Source: a virus (Duplodnaviria > Caudoviricetes). From it: 36,593 nt of DNA. A model generated the notes under the pieces. That model had not been told where the DNA came from, did not search any database, and saw only the letters and a list, made by a program, of their open reading frames with translations. Below are positions 25,307-34,882 of this stretch, one piece after another. The stretch spans positions 1 to 36,593 of IMG/VR virus record IMGVR_UViG_3300031949_000106. One strand, written 5' to 3'. Numbering within the stretch: the stretch's first letter is position 1; every line of letters begins with the position of its first letter. Position numbers and translations under genes: made by a program.

Positions 25307-26790
25307 TAGCGGACAGCGAATTGTTGGAATTGGAGCAGCTTGTTGATGAACAAAGTCAATGCGAGGCAAAGCGGCATTTATTGCCGTTCACAAAATACAC
25401 CTTTCCAAAATTTAGCGCTACATGGTTTCATGTCAATTACTATTCAATCCTTGATCTTTTTGCAAAAGGGCTTATTCGTAAACTTATAATTTCAGTTCCT
25501 CCTCAGCACGGGAAATCTCAAAATAGTTCCATTCAACTACCGGCCTATATGATTGGGCACCGGCCAGAACTAAAGATAGCTACGGTATGTTATTCAGCAA
25601 CAAAAGCCCGGAAGTTTGGCCGTAAAACAAAACAATTGATGACTGAAAGAAGTTATCAAAAGGTTTTTGGTTCGAGATTAGCCGGTTCTGTCGATTCAAA
25701 TTACATTAACACAGCCGAAGAAATGGAGATTGTCGGGCATGATGGTAGTTTAAAAATGGTTGGGTATGAAGGCGGGTTAACAGGCGATCCTGTTGATGTT
25801 CTTTTGATGGACGACCTGTACAAGAACTGGCAGGAGGCAAACAGCCCGGTGATCCGTGAAAACGTTCAGGATTGGTATAATTCAGTCGCAGACACCAGGC
25901 TTCACAATGGCAGTCAACAGCTGATAAATTTTACCCGGTGGAATAATGACGACCTGATTGGTTTCATAGAGAGAAACGAAGAAGTAATTTTGATTAACAA
26001 CTGGTCTGATGTCGAGAATCCAGACCCGGACAGATGGTACAAAATCAATTTTGAGGCAATCAAAACAGGCGAGCCCACAGAAATAGACCCGCGCAAAAAA
26101 GGGGAGGCGCTATGGCCGGAAAGGCATAGCATTAAAAAGCTACTTAAGTCAAGATCAAAAGATCCATTAATGTTTGAATGTCTGTATCAGGGCAACCCAA
26201 AGAGCGCGGCGGGGCTATTGTATGGCAGTAATTGGAAAACATACACAGAACTGCCGGAGGCGATAATAAGAAAAAATTACACCGATACGGCAGACACTGG
26301 AACGGATAACCTTTGCTCTATTGACTACGATGTTACAGCGGACGGTCTGGCCTATGTTGTAGACGTGAGGTACACCCCGGAACCGATGGAGGTAACAGAG
26401 CCGCTCTGCGCTGGCGGACTTCTTAAAAACAGCGTAAAATATGCCGATATTGAAAGCAATAACGGCGGACGCGGTTTTGCCCGAAAGGTTGACGATATAT
26501 GCAACCCAAACAAACAAAAAGGAATAATAAAATGTCATATATCATGGTTTTATCAATCAATGAATAAGGAGTCAAGGATAATAACGGGGGCGGCTACGGT
26601 AAAGCAGAAAATTATTTTTCCTGACGATTGGCATATCAGATGGCCGGATTTTTACAACGATATTACAACATATAAACGCAAATTTGCAGCCAACAAGACA
26701 GATGATGCAGCCGACTGCTTGACTGGAATAACTGAGCGAATGGACATTATTAACACGGACAGTATGGATTTGGATCCGTATGCCATGTAG
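25303..26790 (+). CDS. terL: Terminase large subunit
   Basis: Walker A VPPQHGKS, Walker B LLMDD, TRW coupling motif, YQGNP, nuclease DTA and DDAAD. Confidence 0.95.
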   Translation: MIADSELLELEQLVDEQSQCEAKRHLLPFTKYTFPKFSATWFHVNYYSILDLFAKGLIRKLIISVPPQHGKSQNSSIQLPAYMIGHRPELKIATVCYSATKARKFGRKTKQLMTERSYQKVFGSRLAGSVDSNYINTAEEMEIVGHDGSLKMVGYEGGLTGDPVDVLLMDDLYKNWQEANSPVIRENVQDWYNSVADTRLHNGSQQLINFTRWNNDDLIGFIERNEEVILINNWSDVENPDPDRWYKINFEAIKTGEPTEIDPRKKGEALWPERHSIKKLLKSRSKDPLMFECLYQGNPKSAAGLLYGSNWKTYTELPEAIIRKNYTDTADTGTDNLCSIDYDVTADGLAYVVDVRYTPEPMEVTEPLCAGGLLKNSVKYADIESNNGGRGFARKVDDICNPNKQKGIIKCHISWFYQSMNKESRIITGAATVKQKIIFPDDWHIRWPDFYNDITTYKRKFAANKTDDAADCLTGITERMDIINTDSMDLDPYAM

Positions 26791-26840
26791 AAACCTGTTG
26801 CAAAACATATAAAACTCAACTAAGAAGTATGACAAAACAA

Positions 26841-26875
26841 GCTATTGCAGTTTAAACACAAAACACCTAACTTTC
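26841..26875 (+). promoter_or_regulatory. Candidate promoter upstream of the portal gene (GCTATTG-N20-TAACTTT)
   Basis: Same motif and spacing as 29814-29848. Confidence 0.5.
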
Positions 26876-26955
26876 GCAAAAATACAGCGGCCATAACCAG
26901 CGGATCGTGGATATGGGAAATAGGCACACAAGCGTAAAAATAAAATATCATTCAA

Positions 26956-28278
26956 ATGGGAGTATTTAACTTTCTCAAAAAGGCAATACCGGGCGTGAGT
27001 TCATCGTCATTATCAAGGGCAGAAAGAACAGTAAACCAGGCATTGCACGAATATTGGGTACATCAAGGATTTGCTAACATCATGCCGGATGACCCGGAGA
27101 AATACCTAACAGACGGCTATTCATCCAACACCACGGTTTATTCAATAGTTACCCGGGTTGACAACATGCGAAAGCAAGCCAAGCTGAAGCTTTACAAAAA
27201 AGATAAGTCGGGCGAGAAGGTAGAAGTTGACGATCATGATTTATTGCGGTTTTTGGAGAAAGTTAACAAGCATACTTCGATGGATGATTTCACAACCCTG
27301 AACATCATTTATATGATGACCGTTGGCGAAAGCTTCACATACAAACCGCGAATAACAGCCGGGGCAAATGCCGGCAAAGTCATTGAGCTTCACACACTGC
27401 CGTCCGCCGACGTTGAGATTGTGGAAGGAACAATTTTTCAGCCGGTGCAAGGGTATAAGTTGGAAAGCATGTCGAATATTGTTTTTTCGGTGGAAGACGT
27501 TTATCATTCCAAATTGGTTAATCCAAATTGGCGAAGCGAACGAAGTCTACACGGACTTTCGCCACTACGGGCGGCGGCAAGGACCGTATCAAAATTAAAT
27601 CAATCCGAAATAACAGAGTTAAAGCAACTGGAAAATCAGGGCGCGCCGTTTATACTATTCCGAAAAAACGAAGTCGGATCTACAGTGCCGCAACGATTGA
27701 CAGACACACAGGTCTACGACTTAGTAAAAAAGATCAAAAGCGCATCTGAACAATCATCCAGGGGCTTGCCGCTTGTGCTTAAGGATGAATTTGGAAAGCT
27801 TGATTTAGGTCAAAAAATTGCGGACATGGAGTTATTGGAGTCATCTGCCGCCGGAATCATTGCGCTTTGCTCAGTTTATGGTTTACCGCCTGAACTGTTC
27901 GGCTACGGGCAAAAGACCTACAACAACATGGCAACCGCCCGAAAATCAGCTTGGACGGATTGCATTATGCCAACACTTGACAGGCACGAAACAACATTGA
28001 ATAATTGCACAATTGCAGGCACTCCGTATCAATCGGAGGGTTATTTTTGGGGCTATGATTATTCGGATGTTGAAGAATTGCAGGAAGGATATCAAACTCA
28101 AGTTGATTGGATGAAAAAAGCATACTGGACGGCCAATGAAATCAGAGAGGCAACTGGAAAGAACCGAATAGACAACCCGGCAATGGATGAACCGATGATC
28201 GCAATGGGAGACACCCCTCTGTCTGATTTTGGAATGGATTTAGACGGTGAAAAGTCATTTGATGATTATATTAAATAA
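26956..28278 (+). CDS. Portal protein, HK97 family
   Basis: TVYSIV, GLSPLRAA, YGLPPELFG, TYNN, TANEIRE motifs; follows TerL. Confidence 0.93.
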   Translation: MGVFNFLKKAIPGVSSSSLSRAERTVNQALHEYWVHQGFANIMPDDPEKYLTDGYSSNTTVYSIVTRVDNMRKQAKLKLYKKDKSGEKVEVDDHDLLRFLEKVNKHTSMDDFTTLNIIYMMTVGESFTYKPRITAGANAGKVIELHTLPSADVEIVEGTIFQPVQGYKLESMSNIVFSVEDVYHSKLVNPNWRSERSLHGLSPLRAAARTVSKLNQSEITELKQLENQGAPFILFRKNEVGSTVPQRLTDTQVYDLVKKIKSASEQSSRGLPLVLKDEFGKLDLGQKIADMELLESSAAGIIALCSVYGLPPELFGYGQKTYNNMATARKSAWTDCIMPTLDRHETTLNNCTIAGTPYQSEGYFWGYDYSDVEELQEGYQTQVDWMKKAYWTANEIREATGKNRIDNPAMDEPMIAMGDTPLSDFGMDLDGEKSFDDYIK

Positions 28279-28297
28279 CTAAATAAATACAAACAAA

Positions 28298-28495
28298 ATG
28301 AAAAAAGAAACAGAACAGCAACCGGTAAAAGAACCGATTATCACCTTATTATTTAGGGTTGAAGAAGTTAATCTAATCCTTAAAGGTCTTAGCGAATTAC
28401 CAGCTAAAGAGTCAATGGATTTGATATTGAAAATTACCCGGGAAGCTCAGGAACAATTAACACCGAAACGAGATGATACAGACATCGAGGACTAG
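28298..28495 (+). CDS. Hypothetical protein, 65 aa
   Basis: EEVNLILKGLSELPAKES helical ORF with an A-rich start context. Confidence 0.7.
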   Translation: MKKETEQQPVKEPIITLLFRVEEVNLILKGLSELPAKESMDLILKITREAQEQLTPKRDDTDIED

Positions 28496-28962
28496 CCTAT
28501 TCATAAAAGAGGACGTGACCCGTGATCATGGAATACCTGACGATGGATGGACGAGCGACGATATATCAGAGACGATCCGGCGGACATTGACACCGTCCGG
28601 TCTTTCTACCTATTTGCCGATTGGGCAAAACTACACCACGCCGCCACTATTGGCCAACACCCCGACCAAAGTAGTTATTCCGGTTACCGTAAAATTTGCG
28701 CGGGATTTCGCAATTGCGGCAGGAGGTGGCGAGCAATTTACACGGGACACAACAACGATCTTTGAACTTTATTCTTCTACGACAATGACAACAAACACGA
28801 ATAATGTAGTTGGTAAGTTTTATATGTACAATAACGGCGTATACGTTCCTGGGTGTGCGATTCAACGCAAAGTAGGAACCGGGGCTGATGTTGGGACTAT
28901 ATGTCGAGGTTGATCTACCGTCTACCGTGACATTTAGGAACACTTCTTTCTTAATTATGTAG
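28473..28962 (+). CDS. Beta-sandwich-like virion accessory protein, apparently frameshifted near its 3' end
   Basis: ORF stops at 28913; another frame continues LYVEVDLPSTVTFRNTSFLIM* to 28962. Confidence 0.5.
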
Positions 28963-28982
28963 AAATAACCGAGCCAATTAGC

Positions 28983-29759
28983 ATGAAACGCGACACACTA
29001 AGATTCAAAAGTAAATTTGTAAGGGAACGCAACCGGATAGAACGCAAAGGGCTACGGATGATACGGGCGGCCTTGAAAGAACAATACAAGCCATTACTTA
29101 AAAGGATTGGAAGCGTACCATTTACCGATCTTGAAGGATTAGTAGAAGACATTACAGAAGATCCAATTCAAAAAGCGTTCATGCGCTATTATCCGATGTT
29201 TGGCAGTATGGCGTTAATGCAGCGCAAGCACGTCTTAAAACAAAAAGCGGAAGAAGATGTAATTTATACCTCCCTGTTTGAAAAGTACATGCAGGACATT
29301 GTACGCAACGAAGCCGGGGAAATGATCACAACAATAACCGCAACTTCAAAAAAGAATGCACTTCGTAAGATCCGGGAGATATTAACAGCAGGGGAAGCCG
29401 AAGGATTAGGTATTGAAGAAATACGCAAGCAACTTGTTGCGGATGTTGGTAAATTTATTAGGGGAAACGTCGAAGCGCGAGCGCGGGCAATTGCACAAAC
29501 GGAAATGATCAAGGCATCAAATCAGGCAGCATGGAAAGGCGTTGAATCAACCAACTTAGAATTTAGAAAATTTTGGAGTTCGTCACATTTACCTGGTACC
29601 CGCGAAAGTCACATCATGGCCGAACAGGATAGTATAAGCCGGGGCGGCTTGTCCAAAGAGGAATATCACTCGAACGGGCTACTGTATGTTGGTGACCCTT
29701 CCGGTCCGGTGGAGGAAGTTGTAAATTGTCGATGCACTGAGTTGTATGAGGTTGTTTAG
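28983..29759 (+). CDS. Head morphogenesis protein (SPP1 gp7 / Mu gpF family)
   Basis: RARAIAQTE, KFW...TRESH, GDP..P.EEVVNCRC. Confidence 0.9.
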   Translation: MKRDTLRFKSKFVRERNRIERKGLRMIRAALKEQYKPLLKRIGSVPFTDLEGLVEDITEDPIQKAFMRYYPMFGSMALMQRKHVLKQKAEEDVIYTSLFEKYMQDIVRNEAGEMITTITATSKKNALRKIREILTAGEAEGLGIEEIRKQLVADVGKFIRGNVEARARAIAQTEMIKASNQAAWKGVESTNLEFRKFWSSSHLPGTRESHIMAEQDSISRGGLSKEEYHSNGLLYVGDPSGPVEEVVNCRCTELYEVV

Positions 29760-29813
29760 GACAAAATAGAATCAGCAAGGCTAGCACGATGAAAGAAACA
29801 ATGACATTAATCA

Positions 29814-29848
29814 GCTATTGACAGTTAATAAGAAAAAACATACTTTTA
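29814..29848 (+). promoter_or_regulatory. Candidate promoter upstream of the prohead protease gene (TTGACA-N17-TACTTT)
   Basis: GCTATTG-N20-TACTTTT, matching 26841-26875. Confidence 0.55.
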
Positions 29849-29869
29849 CAATAATTTGAACAGAGTGAT

Positions 29870-30538
29870 ATGGACAGCTTGAAATTTAAGAACTTTGAAA
29901 TTCTCGAACACAAAGCCGATGGATCCGGCAATTTGGAGATAACCGGCTACGGGGCAATCTTCGGGAATGTTGACAGCTACGGCGATGTTATCGAAAAGGG
30001 GGCGTTTGAAGATACGCTGATCGACCGCAAGGACCGTATCGCTTTTTGCTATCAACACGACATTTGGAACCCGATTGGTAAGATTCTCGAAATGTACGAA
30101 GATGACAAAGGTTTGTTTTTAAAGGTCATGATTTCAGCAGCCGAAGCGGATATTCAAACCAAAATCAAAGAGGGCATTTTAAAAGAAATGTCTATTGGCT
30201 ACCGGACGATGCAGGAGGTAAAAGAGAACCGTGGCGGGTCTGAGGTCAATGTTTTGAAAGCTATCAAGCTGTTTGAAATTTCGATTGTGACAGTAGCCGC
30301 TAATCCGCTCGCATTGATTGAAAGCATGAAAAGCGAAGACGAGAAACAAAGCTATGTTAAGAAAGAATTTGACCGGCTTATTTCAGTTGTCCGAAATGAC
30401 AAAATTACCTTTGAACTTGAAAGATTGAAATCGTTAATTTTTTCCGCTCCCGCTGAGATTATCCCGGAGCCGCCGAAAAAGGAAACGGAAACATATACAA
30501 AAACAGATTATTTGAAATTGTTGAAACACCAAAATTGA
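29870..30538 (+). CDS. Prohead maturation protease, HK97 family
   Basis: GYGAIFGNVDSYGDVIEKGAF, YQHD...PIG, MSIGY, LFEISIV...AN. Confidence 0.95.
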   Translation: MDSLKFKNFEILEHKADGSGNLEITGYGAIFGNVDSYGDVIEKGAFEDTLIDRKDRIAFCYQHDIWNPIGKILEMYEDDKGLFLKVMISAAEADIQTKIKEGILKEMSIGYRTMQEVKENRGGSEVNVLKAIKLFEISIVTVAANPLALIESMKSEDEKQSYVKKEFDRLISVVRNDKITFELERLKSLIFSAPAEIIPEPPKKETETYTKTDYLKLLKHQN

Positions 30539-30572
30539 ATGGTTGAGACAGATTATTTAAAACTTTTGAAAA

Positions 30573-31790
30573 ATGGATAAAGAATTAGAAATTGCTCTAA
30601 AAGAGCACGGCGAAGGGATTGACACGAAACTGCAAGACCTTGCAAAAAAGTACACTGATGGCGAAAAAGCCACTCAGGAGGAAATCACCGCGTTAAAGGC
30701 GGACGTTGAAAACTACAAGTCTCTGCAGGCTCAGCTCGATGAGCAGAACATCGAATTGCAAAAGATGACCAAGGGGCAAATCGAGAAGCGTAAAAGCTTT
30801 GAGCAAAGTGTTGAGGAGATGCTTTCAGGCGATGACTACAAAGCAGCTTTGAAATCAAAAGGTGGAAAATTTGCTTTTTCCGTGAAAGTGGCTGGCACCA
30901 TGTTGGAATCAAGTAATCTCACGGGCGAAGTTATCCCGGCTACTGTTGTTCCCGGTATTGTTTACGATCCGGTACGTGGCGAACATGCCCGCGACATTAT
31001 CCCCGGTGGAACGACTTCCAGTAATCTGATCCGGTTCGTAAAAGAATCTGGATATGAGGACGGCGCTAATGTTGTTGCCGAGGGTGACGCATCCGGCCTT
31101 ACTGATTTCGATCTTGTTGCTTCTGAAACTTCGATTAAAACGATTGCAACCCATTTGATCATCTCTAAGGACATGTTGGATGACATTCCTTACATTGCTT
31201 CTTATATTTCTCAGCGCGTACCAAGCAAGCTGAAAGTAAAAGAAGATGCACAAGTGTTGTACGGTGATGGATTGGGCGATAACCTGGATGGACTGTTGAC
31301 AAACGCCGCCGCTTTGGTTCCCGGGACTTTTGCAACTGGATCTGCAAACGAGGTTACTGATCCATCTTTGATCGATTTGCTCGGTGTAGCAATGAATCAA
31401 ATCCGTGTTGGCGAATATCGCACTACTCGGATTCTTTTGCACCCTACCGATATTACAGCATATCGGAATGTCAAAGCCACTGATGGCCATTACTTGGCCG
31501 ATCCGCGCGTCATGTTCCAGAATGGCCGCATGCTGGTTAATGGTGTCCCTGTTTGGGAATCAACCGCCATTACTGCCGGAACTTATGCCGTGGGTGACTT
31601 CGGTCAAGGCGCTCAATTGTTTGATCGCAAGGCTTTGGAGATCAACTTCTACGAGCAGGATGCAGACAACGCCAAAAAACGATTGGTGACTATCGAGATG
31701 AACGAGCGTTTAGCGCTTGTTAACTACCGTCCGGCAGCCTTTGTTACCGGAACTATTGCAACTGACATTGCAGCTATTGCTAAAGCATAA
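30573..31790 (+). CDS. Major capsid protein, HK97 fold with N-terminal delta domain
   Basis: Coiled-coil N-terminus; VAEG, ISKDMLDD, EDAQVLYGDG, GVPV, VGDF, ERLAL...RPAAF. Confidence 0.95.
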   Translation: MDKELEIALKEHGEGIDTKLQDLAKKYTDGEKATQEEITALKADVENYKSLQAQLDEQNIELQKMTKGQIEKRKSFEQSVEEMLSGDDYKAALKSKGGKFAFSVKVAGTMLESSNLTGEVIPATVVPGIVYDPVRGEHARDIIPGGTTSSNLIRFVKESGYEDGANVVAEGDASGLTDFDLVASETSIKTIATHLIISKDMLDDIPYIASYISQRVPSKLKVKEDAQVLYGDGLGDNLDGLLTNAAALVPGTFATGSANEVTDPSLIDLLGVAMNQIRVGEYRTTRILLHPTDITAYRNVKATDGHYLADPRVMFQNGRMLVNGVPVWESTAITAGTYAVGDFGQGAQLFDRKALEINFYEQDADNAKKRLVTIEMNERLALVNYRPAAFVTGTIATDIAAIAKA

Positions 31791-31820
31791 TTAACCGGGG
31801 AGGTTCACGCCTCCCCTTAA
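31788..31820 (+). terminator. GGGGAGG/CCTCCCC hairpin after the capsid gene
   Basis: Stem 31797-31803/31810-31816, weak T tail; repeated at 32243-32269. Confidence 0.6.
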
Positions 31821-31832
31821 TTCAAAAATAGA

Positions 31833-32237
31833 ATGAAAAAGTTTTTTTTACTTATGGTTGCTGTAATGCTGATTGGCATTGCGAGCGCACAAACCAAGGG
31901 AGTATCTACCGCTTTTGTGAATGATACAACCACAAACACTGAGACTGTTTACCTGGCGTTGGCTTCGGCCAATAACTTGTCTTTGGACTATAAGGTGACA
32001 TTGTCGGTAACGCCAGTAAATGTTTCCGGAACCGCAACAGTTACTTGCATGCCGCAAGGGAAGAATGGAGCTGGATGGTATGATCTACAAGCAGCCGCCG
32101 ACACTGTCAACAATGCGGGGACTGTTGCCACTAAAACGTACAGCTACGCTAATGCCTATTATGATCAATATAGGCTTAAGCTGGTATCGACTGGAACCGG
32201 GGTTGCTAATCACTCCGGGGCAATGTTGATAAAATAA
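31833..32237 (+). CDS. Signal-peptide-bearing beta-rich protein, 134 aa
   Basis: MKKFFLLMVAVMLIGIASA|Q; Thr/Ala/Val-rich; C-terminal YDQYRLKLV. Confidence 0.8.
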   Translation: MKKFFLLMVAVMLIGIASAQTKGVSTAFVNDTTTNTETVYLALASANNLSLDYKVTLSVTPVNVSGTATVTCMPQGKNGAGWYDLQAAADTVNNAGTVATKTYSYANAYYDQYRLKLVSTGTGVANHSGAMLIK

Positions 32238-32273
32238 TTAACAGGGGAGGTTTAGTTTAATCCTCCCCTTAAT
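32235..32273 (+). terminator. AGGGGAGG/CCTCCCCT hairpin, second copy
   Basis: Stem 32243-32250/32262-32269 with the same TAATTAAC...TTAAT flanks. Confidence 0.6.
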
Positions 32274-32284
32274 ACCTTTCAATT

Positions 32285-32509
32285 ATGAAAATTAAAGCAA
32301 AAAAGAACTACATGACCGGGGCTGTAATGCATCGAAAAGGTGACGAGTACGAATGCGCTGAAGGTTATGCAAAGATGCTGATCAAAGCCGGACATGCTGA
32401 GGCGGTTAAAGCAGCCGAACCTGCAAAGGAAAAGGCAGACCCGGAAGCGAAAAAGCGGAAAACGAAAGTTGACCCAGAAGCGGACAAAGCAGACAGCAAG
32501 GCTGAATAA
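32285..32509 (+). CDS. Small Lys/Ala/Glu-rich head-associated hypothetical protein
   Basis: GDEYE...A..LIKAGHAE followed by a low-complexity tail; typical post-capsid position. Confidence 0.7.
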   Translation: MKIKAKKNYMTGAVMHRKGDEYECAEGYAKMLIKAGHAEAVKAAEPAKEKADPEAKKRKTKVDPEADKADSKAE

Positions 32510-32542
32510 CAATACCAGTACAAATAAACAAAAAGAAACAGC

Positions 32543-33055
32543 ATGCAAGTGAAATTTTCAAATGAGGGAGTAGAACCTATTTCAATTGAAGAAGCGAAAC
32601 AGTATCTAAGGGTAGATTTTGAGGATGAAGATTTGCTGATTTCCTTGCTTGTTTCGGGCGTTCGCCGTAGAATCGAAGAATTTACAGGGCGGTCACTTGT
32701 CACCCGAACAGTTGAATTGTTCCTGCCGGAAATACCAGAAGAAATTGCATTGCCTTATCCTGACCATGACGCAATCACCGAAGTTAAAATAAACGGAACC
32801 ACATCAACGGCTTACGTTCAGACAGGGCTTAGTCAATTCATACTTCGCCCGACAACCGTAGCAACAACCCAACAAAATGAATCAGGTTTTTACGTGAAAT
32901 ACACAACATTAGGAAACTGCCCGGACTTAATCAAATTGGAAATTTTAAAGGCCATTGATGAGAAATACAAGAACCGGGGCAACACTTCCGAAATGAACGC
33001 TACGGAATTATCCGAAAACACATACGCCAACTTGGCGCAATTCTGCTTAATGTAA
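32543..33055 (+). CDS. Head-tail connector (HK97 gp6 / SPP1 gp15-like)
   Basis: EPISIEEAKQYLRVD..DED.LI..L.......IEEFTGRSL. Confidence 0.9.
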   Translation: MQVKFSNEGVEPISIEEAKQYLRVDFEDEDLLISLLVSGVRRRIEEFTGRSLVTRTVELFLPEIPEEIALPYPDHDAITEVKINGTTSTAYVQTGLSQFILRPTTVATTQQNESGFYVKYTTLGNCPDLIKLEILKAIDEKYKNRGNTSEMNATELSENTYANLAQFCLM

Positions 33056-33384
33056 TGGACACGGGCAAACGAAATAGACGAGCAACAATAGTATTTGCCG
33101 GAGAAATGACACCGGACGGACTAGGCGGTTTTACTGAAGGTGCAAACACGACCCGTGAAGTTTGGGCGAATGTCAAACGGCTTTCAATGAACGAACAGCT
33201 GCTTTATGGGCTGGAAACATCAACAGCATCATATCGGTTTCAGTTTCTTTATTATGCCGCTGATGACATTACCCGAATTGACAGCATCCAATACAGGGGG
33301 CGTAATTTCAGGATTAAAAACGTCCGTGAGATTGACGAAATGCGGCGAGTGGTTGAAGTTATCGGGACTGAGTTGAACACGTAG
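33055..33384 (+). CDS. Head closure protein (SPP1 gp16-like)
   Basis: G....R.TI...DGLGG......VWANV...Y.G..F.I pattern. Confidence 0.85.
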   Translation: MDTGKRNRRATIVFAGEMTPDGLGGFTEGANTTREVWANVKRLSMNEQLLYGLETSTASYRFQFLYYAADDITRIDSIQYRGRNFRIKNVREIDEMRRVVEVIGTELNT

Positions 33385-33386
33385 AT

Positions 33387-33851
33387 ATGAGCGTAGAGAT
33401 AAAGTTAGACCAGGGAAGTTTGAAAAATCTTAACCGCCAATTCGATAAACTAAAAGTTGGCGTAGATCGGTCTGCTTATTCTGCACTAATCAAAGTACTG
33501 GTAAAAATACGTTCTGAGGCTCAATTAAGATTGAAAGGGCGCGGGCACATTGTCACATCGAGGTTGATTAATTCGATCTATGTAAAGGCAAAGAATCCCG
33601 AAAACATACCGGATAACAGCTTGATTTATTCCGATAACGAGGGGCAGACTTTCAATAGGGAACTTCGATCTGTTCGTGTTTCCGATGTTGAGGGGGCAGT
33701 TGGAACTAATGTTGAGTACGGGGAAAAGATTGAATTTATGGACTCATATATCTATTGGGCTATGAAAAATGTCGATGTAACTCGGGCATTGGCAGACGAC
33801 ATGAAAGACGATGTAAAATTCGGTAAAGTGCTAAGAACCGGAACACCGTAA
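33387..33851 (+). CDS. HK97 gp10-like neck/tail protein
   Basis: TSRLINSI and VGTNVEYG..IEF motifs. Confidence 0.8.
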   Translation: MSVEIKLDQGSLKNLNRQFDKLKVGVDRSAYSALIKVLVKIRSEAQLRLKGRGHIVTSRLINSIYVKAKNPENIPDNSLIYSDNEGQTFNRELRSVRVSDVEGAVGTNVEYGEKIEFMDSYIYWAMKNVDVTRALADDMKDDVKFGKVLRTGTP

Positions 33852-33875
33852 TTTAGACGCAATTTAGACGCAAGA

Positions 33876-34283
33876 ATGAAAGACTATCGAACAAAATTAA
33901 TAACTGAACTTGTTGCCGACATTCAAACGGCAACCGGGAAAGTTCCATATACCCGGCTTCCGAAAGCGGCGCAGATCAGTTATCCGTATATCCATATTTC
34001 GGATATTTACGATTCAGAAATCGGGGATAAAACGATATTTGAGCATGAAGTCGATATGTTGATTAATGTTGTTCATCTGGATGTCAATTCGTTGGCTGAC
34101 TTTTACACGGATATCAACAACATTAAATCAATAATCAATAATAATTCCGGCGTTGATTTATCCCCGGATTTCAAGTGTCGGGAAATGCGACTGAACCTAT
34201 GCACGACAAGCGAGATTGAAACAGAGGTAGGAACTTTGAATATTGCGAATATCAGGATTTTGTTTTATATTGACGAACTGTAA
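33876..34283 (+). CDS. Tail completion/terminator protein (putative)
   Basis: Y..P....YPYIHI motif; directly before the tail tube gene. Confidence 0.72.
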   Translation: MKDYRTKLITELVADIQTATGKVPYTRLPKAAQISYPYIHISDIYDSEIGDKTIFEHEVDMLINVVHLDVNSLADFYTDINNIKSIINNNSGVDLSPDFKCREMRLNLCTTSEIETEVGTLNIANIRILFYIDEL

Positions 34284-34364
34284 GACGTGTCAGTTGACGA
34301 ACTGTAAGAATAAGTAAAGATGAACTCTAGAGAGTATTAATATTCATGAATAAAGAAAAGTAAA

Positions 34365-34799
34365 ATGGCAACAAAAACAGGAACAAAAGTATTAATCAAG
34401 GTGGCGTCCGGCTTATTGGTCGGGCAAAACTCACTTGATTTTTCATCGGTGGCGAATATGGTTGAGATTTCAAATAAGACCTCCGGCCAATATTCGGAAT
34501 TTGCACAGGAGCGAATTACTCAGACGCTATCTGTCGGGGGAATTGCTTCATCTGCAAAAGAGGCAACCAATAAGGGGTATTGGGAATTGCTGGAAGCTCA
34601 GGCAGCCGGGGCGGCGGTAGCTATTGTTTTTACAGAGTTTACCACCGAGGCAGGGACAACCGAAGAAGCAGGAGCCGAAGAATTGACCGCTTCCGCTTTT
34701 GTATCAAGCTTGGACGTTTCATTTCCAGACAACGATGCAAATTCATTTACTTGTGATTTCCAAATCACAGGAGCGCCTACAGTTTCAACGAACGCATAA
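34365..34799 (+). CDS. Major tail (tube) protein
   Basis: 144 aa; EISNKTSG, SVGG, FVSSL......D...FT.DFQITGAP. Confidence 0.85.
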   Translation: MATKTGTKVLIKVASGLLVGQNSLDFSSVANMVEISNKTSGQYSEFAQERITQTLSVGGIASSAKEATNKGYWELLEAQAAGAAVAIVFTEFTTEAGTTEEAGAEELTASAFVSSLDVSFPDNDANSFTCDFQITGAPTVSTNA

Positions 34800-34801
34800 T
34801 T

Positions 34802-34833
34802 AAAGCAGCCAGTTAATCTGGTTGCTTTCTTTT
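34802..34833 (+). terminator. Intrinsic terminator after the tail tube gene
   Basis: AAAGCAGCCAG-TTAAT-CTGGTTGCTTT followed by CTTTT. Confidence 0.75.
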
Positions 34834-34882
34834 ATAATATCCGGCTCCTTGCGCTGGACTAATTTACTATAATATCTAATCA

